A DNA stretch of 63,843 nucleotides, counting the filler, from Conidiobolus incongruus B7586 (lineage: Eukaryota): assembly GCA_000697335.1 (NCBI GenBank). It is 20 parts of 20 records of this genome, joined end to end, with 100 filler letters (N's around TTAATTAATTAA, not from the genome) between each part and the next. Parts side by side here need not be neighbours in the genome. Positions count along the whole stretch, not along the records: positions 57,366 to 58,795 come from JNEM01003695.1; positions 58,896 to 60,290 come from JNEM01003698.1; positions 60,391 to 62,735 come from JNEM01003700.1; positions 62,836 to 63,843 come from JNEM01003708.1; 16 more parts are not named here. One strand, 5' to 3'. Below are positions 57,366-63,843 of the stretch, piece by piece. The position numbers and the translations under genes are program-made. How positions within the stretch are numbered: the first letter of the stretch is position 1; the number at the start of each line of letters is the position of its first letter. The notes below the pieces were generated by a model. It searched no databases, was not told the origin of the DNA, and saw only the letters and a program-made list of their open reading frames with translations.

Positions 57366-58795
57366 TTTTTAATAATCCCTTAATAAATTTCTTAAAGGAG
57401 ATATACTTTTTAGATTTTTGTAAATAAGTATAATAAATTAGAATTTTCTTAATATTTTCTAAAGATTTATATATAACTTTTTCAATAAAATAACTTATTT
57501 ATTTTATATAAAAATAAAGCTTATTCCTAATAGATTTAAATTTAATTATGTAATTAATATAGTATTCTTTTTTTCTATTTTGATTAATAATTAAATCTGA
57601 TTATAAAGATTTTAATCAATTATAAAAAATTTTAAAATTTTTAAAATATGGTTTAATTTTAGATATATGAAAGGTAAAGTTAATTTTTAAAATTAAAAGT
57701 AATTCTAAGATAATATTTTTAAAATTTAAATTAATAAATTATATTTTATAAAGACTATATTATAATAATAAATATTTTAGATTTAAGCTAGATTTAAGTA
57801 AAGTAGGTTTAAAAGCAGATTATTCTAAATATATAAATATGTTAATTTTATATTTAAAAGGATTTCTAGAAAACTTTAAGTATTGTAATTATATAATCCT
57901 TTAATTTTCTTATAAGTTAAATTTAATAAGGGAATTAATATATTTGATATTAGATTAAAATTCAATAATATTTAAAGATAAGTTAATTTAAAGTTTTAAA
58001 ATAATTATTAAATTAAGATGTTTATTATAATTGATGAAATAAAAGCTAAAACCTATAAAATTATTAATAGAGGTATTAAATGAATATTTAAATTAATAGA
58101 TATAAGTATTTTAATCTAACTAATTAATATTAATATAATCTTTAATCATTTACTTTAAAGTTTTAATAATTTCTTTAGCAAGTTTATTAGTTTAATAATA
58201 ATTAATAATAGATATAATTAAGTTAATCTTAAAGGAAAAGGATAATAACTTTTAAAATTAAAAGTTGAATCATATATTTTTATTAAATATATTAGTTTAT
58301 GGAATTTTAAAATAGGTAAAAATATTAAAAAATAATAACTATATAATATCTTTAACTATAAAAGCTTTGAAATAATGAATAAAATAAATATATTAAAAGA
58401 GAAAATTAATTACAATTAGTAAGTTATTATAATTATTTGTTAATTTAAGAATTTTTATAAAATTTAATTAGATTTATTATTAAGTTTTATTAAAAACTTA
58501 TAAGGGAATAAGTTTATTATATTTTAATTAGGTGTTATATTTAATTTTTTAATATATATTATAGGTATTAATATATTTCTAAATTAATTTAATTAAAGAA
58601 GGTTAGTAATACTTTATTTTTATTTTCTTAATAATCTTTTACTAATTTTAATATTTTTTACATATAAGTTATAATATTTATTAAATATTGCTTATTAAAT
58701 CTTAAGAATATTAAAAATATATAAGCAATTATTATAATATAATAAATTATCAATAATTTTAAATCTTTTAATATATTTCAATTAATTTTCAAATA
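57366..58795 (-). mobile_element. Degenerate Ty3/gypsy (chromovirus) pol: integrase core, GPY/F module and chromodomain
   Basis: Reversing transitions on the minus strand gives FGIP...SDRD.RF...FWK (~58255-58315), STANH.QTDGLAE..IKTLKQMI (~58145-58215), FNTSIN.STGFSPYFINYG (~58025-58080), YGPYKI (~57750), FHISKIKPYF (~57645-57675) and EEEYY...LYFYVKW.GY (~57490-57575). Confidence 0.75.
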
Positions 58796-58895
58796 NNNNN
58801 NNNNNNNNNNNNNNNNNNNNNNNNNNNNNNNNNNNNNNNTTAATTAATTAANNNNNNNNNNNNNNNNNNNNNNNNNNNNNNNNNNNNNNNNNNNN

Positions 58896-59330
58896 TATTA
58901 TATAATTATCTCTATTTTTTATATTTTAATTAAAAATATAATATATTACTATAATGGTTATTTAAAAAAATATATATTATCCAAAATAAAGATTAATTTA
59001 AATTAAAACTTATTTAATTATAGTTAAATTAATTATATAAATAGCATTAGACTATTTAATACATTAGATTCCTTTTTTCTGTTTAATTTTTATTATTTAT
59101 TATTTATTATTTTTCTATTATTTTTAAGATTAAGACTATATTTAATTAATATTATAATATATTAACACTATCTAATATAAATCCTGATATTTTAATGACT
59201 TATTTGAGTTTAAAGCTTAATTAAATCTTATTTTTTATTTCCACACTATAATATTATATTTTATGCCATATTACTTTTATAAAAAGTTTTCCTTTATATT
59301 ACATTAATATTGTTACTATTATATTTATAT
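58896..59330 (-). repeat. Family C repeat copy
   Basis: Reverse complement aligns with 63110-63480 and with 20140-20470. Confidence 0.65.
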
Positions 59331-61336
59331 TAATAATCTAACTCAAAAATTACTAATTCTAGAATAATATTGAAAATACAATATAATTATAATAATTTAA
59401 TTAATTTTATTATAATTAAGTAAACTAATAATTTTATCCAATAATGAATTTTAACTAATTATGAAATTAATCTCAATAAAATTAGTTAAAAAAATTAAAT
59501 TATCAAATATATATTTAATATTAAATTTTTTATAAAAGTATATTAATCTATACTATAGTCGTAAAAGTAAATATAAATTATATTATTTATATAATATAAT
59601 AATATAGCTCTGTACAACAAATAATATAAAAAATAATAATTTCTAATTATAAATGGGTTATTAAAAGATATCTAGTATTATTAATATTACTGTCAAATGG
59701 CGAATCATTTTGAATTCTATATAAAAGCTTAATTATAAGTTAAAGCTGCCGTTACCAAATTATTGACTAATAGGTGTTAGATTATAATCTTAAAATTAAA
59801 TATAATTTACAATTCAATTATAATATTAAAATATATATTTGGATTATAAAGTGAATATATGGTGATAATTAATTTATCAATATAAACCAGGTTTAATGAT
59901 TAATTTCCAAGAATTAACTTCTATTTTATATTTTAATTATTTTTATAATATTTAATTTGGTGACTTTTTGAGATTGGAAAATTTTTGATATTTATTTATC
60001 TAATATAAATATAATATGATCCTTAATTTCCTTTTCAAAAATTTATTTATAAAAAAAATTTTGATTAATATAAATATATGTATATAATGAACTAAGAAAT
60101 TCTGTTTAGTATTTTGATTTAAAAATTATTAGTATTGATCAATAGTTTAAAAAATCAAAATTAAATTATATTTATATATTAAAATATATCAATTTAATAA
60201 TAAAATAATTATAATTATTTTGAATATTTAATAAATAAATATATTAGAGATCTTATAAATAATTTGATTATATTTAAATATAAATATTAANNNNNNNNNN
60301 NNNNNNNNNNNNNNNNNNNNNNNNNNNNNNNNNNTTAATTAATTAANNNNNNNNNNNNNNNNNNNNNNNNNNNNNNNNNNNNNNNNNNNNAGATATTCAA
60401 TATATTAATAATTTTATTATTTTTCATTTTTAAGATCAAATTATTTTAAAATCTTCAAATTTAAATTACACTTGTATATGCGTATAGTTACTTTGATCAT
60501 ATTAATACAATATAAAGAATTTTGAATTATTGAACATATATAATAAAAACATTTAAAAATGAAAATCAATTCATTTTAAAATATAATACACTCTGTAATA
60601 GTTCTTAACATTATTTATTAAATTATATAATAATTTTTAAATAAAATAATTAAAAATAATTTAATTTTATTTGTTTAATATAATTTCAAAATTGAAATCA
60701 TCTTTTGTTAAATATAAAATATTGATTTATATATTTACTAATTAATAAGAGTCTATTATAATATTATTAAATTTATAAATATACTATAATTTATAATGAA
60801 AATACTAGTATTCTTTCATTAATTTACAATTGAATTTTAAATTGGATTCTCCAAAATACTAGTAATTATATATAATTTTATATAGAATAAAGTTCTAATT
60901 TAAAATTATCACAAGAAAATCCTTTTCAATATTACACATTTATTTAAAAATAGTTAAAATTGAATATTTAAAATTATGGTCAATTAATATTATACATTGA
61001 TATAATTAAATTTACATTTAATCAACTTTAAAACAAAAAAGATGAAGTTTTATAAGCATATATTTAAAATTTTTAAATATTGATAACTATAAAACTGATG
61101 AATTAAAATTTGAAATATATTCAATTGAAATTTCAAAGTAACAAATTATATAAAAAGAGTTGAGATATTGGTTAATCGTCCTCAGTATTATAAACAATTA
61201 CTCAATAAAAATATAGAATATAGAAATATTACATAAAATATGATTGTATATATGTAATTGAATTATTTATTTAATTGAAAGAATATAAAAGTTATATCTT
61301 GTAGATAATGAAATAAAAATAATTACAAGCAAATAG

Positions 61337-61408
61337 GGGCTCGACTGGGAATCGAACCCAGGACCTCTCCCACCCTAAGGGAGAATTATACCACTAAACC
61401 ATCGAGCC
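61337..61408 (-). tRNA. tRNA-Pro (AGG), intronless
   Basis: GGCTCGA-TGGTTTAGTGGTATAATT-CTCCC TT AGG GT GGGAG-AGGTC-CTGGG TTCGATT CCCAG-TCGAGCC-C: a 72-nt cloverleaf with intact A and B boxes. Confidence 0.96.
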
Positions 61409-62633
61409 TTACCTGGTGTTTAAAATCTGTTTTCAAGTTCTAGTATATTCATTAAAATTTGATTATTGCAAATTATATACTCCATATTTGTATGCTATAA
61501 AAACGGACCATACATCCTTCTAAATTGGCATTTGATATTTTATATCAAATAAAAATATTTACTTCAAACTAAATTTAAAATGAAATATAAAATATTTTCA
61601 GTTTCAGTTGAAAATGATTTCAATCAATTATTCTATATTTTAATTTATTGAAATATATTTTAATATTTTATTTTATTTCAATCCTTTAATTATATCATTC
61701 CAATTTTTATCACGATATAATTTGTATCATAAAATTAATGAGTTTGCTTTAAAAGTAAATACATAGTATATTTAATGTCATTTTCAATTGATATATATAC
61801 TTTAGATTTACTTTTAAATTGAAATTTTTTAACAATATAACCATGTTAAATTTCATTAAACAACTTAAAATTAATAATCTGACAAAACAAATTTTTTTAT
61901 TCCAAATCCTCTTATTAATTGACCTCATTTATACTATATAAAAAGGTAGATTTTTGAATTTTTAAACTTAATAAAACCATAATATTAAAGTAATAAATAA
62001 ACTAATTTTAAATTCATGATATAATAATAATAATTAATAATTGCAATTGTTTAAGTAAAAGTAAGTTTGTTTTCTAATTCTATTGATATTTATCAATAAT
62101 ATTCATAATTTTTAATATTGGCACAATTATCAACTATTAAGTTTCAGAAATTATATATAATAATTATAAGTGGTTATATTAAAATAATTGTGTTTTCAAT
62201 TATAAAATAAATTTAACAATGTTTGATCTATAATTGAAAATTATTATTTATATAATAATTAATTCTTTTATTTTGAACCAAATATAGTATATATAATTAA
62301 TAAATATTGATGGTATATTTTGAATAAAATATAAATATATTATTTAAAATAAAGTAATTAATTTAAAATATCAGTTTGAATAAAAAATAATTATAAATTT
62401 TTGATCAATATTAATTTAATATAAATAGATTATATTAAACTTTTATATATGTAATTTGTTATTTGATAATTTATATAATATAATAAACTATAAATTTGAT
62501 ATATATCATTTAATTCAGTATAATTTTTTGTATTCAAAAAGTGCCACTAGTTTAATAATTTAAATGACTCAGAGTAACATAAATAAATGCCTATAAATTA
62601 TAAAATACTATATTAGTTAATATATTATCAATA

Positions 62634-63843
62634 TTACCTTGAATTTGAAATAATGGGAAATTTTTTAAATTTTGATTTTTCAAAGTTATTATTAGTTTGA
62701 AATAAATAAATATATAAAGTTAATAGGAAATTATANNNNNNNNNNNNNNNNNNNNNNNNNNNNNNNNNNNNNNNNNNNNTTAATTAATTAANNNNNNNNN
62801 NNNNNNNNNNNNNNNNNNNNNNNNNNNNNNNNNNNTTAAGTATTATTTAAATTAATAATTTATTACTAGGTAAATTACTTTAAAGTTAAAAAAGAAATTA
62901 TCTAAAATTTGTTAAAATTTAAAAGATTAATTTTAACTATTATTTTTTTAATTACTAATACAATAATAAATTATATTAAAAAATATCTTTTTATTTTAGT
63001 TGAAAAATTATTTAAGTATTTTAATATTAATTTTATAAGTATTTTATATATATCAAAGTTTAAACTCAACTTAATATATAAAAATATAAAATAAGTACTA
63101 TAAACTTGGTGGTAAAAATACTAATATAATATAAAGGAAGACTTTAATATAAAAGTAATATAATATAGAATGTGGAATTATAATATAGCTATAGTATGCA
63201 AATATAAATAAAGTTTAATTAAGCTTTGAACTAGAATAAGTCACCAATATATTAAGATCTATATTAGGTAGTATTAATATATTATAATATTGATAAAATA
63301 TAGTCTCAATCTTAGAAATAGTAAAAAAGATAAAAAATAATAAAAATTGAAAAAAACCTAGTTTATTAAATAATTCAATGCTATTTATATAATTAATTTA
63401 ACTATAAAAGTATAAATTAATTATATAATTAATAATTAATTAAATTATATAGAAATATATATAAAAATTTAAAAAACTAGTTTTTTAATAAATAACTTAT
63501 AATTTAATTAAAGCTTAAAAAAAGCTAGAGTAGTTATTATTAAATAAAACTTACTAAAATATTATTAGAAGCTTAAACTTTTATAATGAATAATTATAAT
63601 TAATAAATCTTAAATTTTTATATATAATCTTTTATTTAAAAAAATTGAAATATTAAGTTAAATTAACTACCTTTATAAATCCTTTTAAATAAATATTTTA
63701 TTAATAAATGAATATTAATCATTATAATAGATTATAATAATATATATTATTCTTATTTAATTTTTGAAGGAAAATCAATTAATAATAAACCTTATATTAT
63801 TTTTTTAAATAAAAATATTTTTAATTAATATTATCAATATAAT
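62634..63843 (+). mobile_element. Mariner family B copy spanning a gap, interrupted by a family C insertion; runs off the window
   Basis: Left TIR TA|TTACCTTGAATTTGAAATAATGGGAA at 62634. Transposase relic at 62836-63098 and 63496-63843 is colinear with ~25893-26508. Confidence 0.82.
63099..63490 (+). mobile_element. Family C element (392 bp), boundaries defined by its insertion into mariner; putative solo LTR
   Basis: Interrupts mariner AAGTAC|CTTATAA. Ends TAT...ATA (TGT...ACA after transitions). Degenerate 5-bp TSD AGTAC/AATAA. Confidence 0.6.

Noticed and set aside
62909..63094. 61-aa ORF
   Set aside because: A stop-free stretch within the mutated mariner transposase, not an independent gene.

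Overview
Very AT-rich eukaryotic draft-genome window, most likely an early-diverging fungus. The fungal-type genes and 46-56 nt introns suggest a Conidiobolus/Entomophthoromycotina-like lineage, but this is inference. It consists of 20 contigs joined by 19 artificial 100-nt N/TTAATTAATTAA/N spacers. Intact genes: RPL11, a DHA2-type MFS transporter, acetyl-CoA acetyltransferase (ERG10), a small Ser/Pro-rich ORF, phosphatidylserine synthase (CHO1), partial COQ1, a compact three-RRM Nam8/Ngr1-like protein, a partial ADP1-like ABCG transporter and tRNA-Pro(AGG). Much of the ORF-free DNA is a transposon graveyard that can be read by reversing C>T/G>A transitions. It holds at least 8 pieces of a Tc1-type DD34E element with long IR/DR ends and about 10 pieces of an animal-like DD34D mariner, two of them full length (~1.31 kb). 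It also holds a chromodomain-bearing Ty3/gypsy integrase and several solo LTRs, some nested. The repeats are saturated with CpA/TpG-biased transitions but have few indels, while single-copy genes are untouched. This looks like a RIP-like repeat-targeted mutagenesis system, apparently outside the Dikarya where RIP is established.
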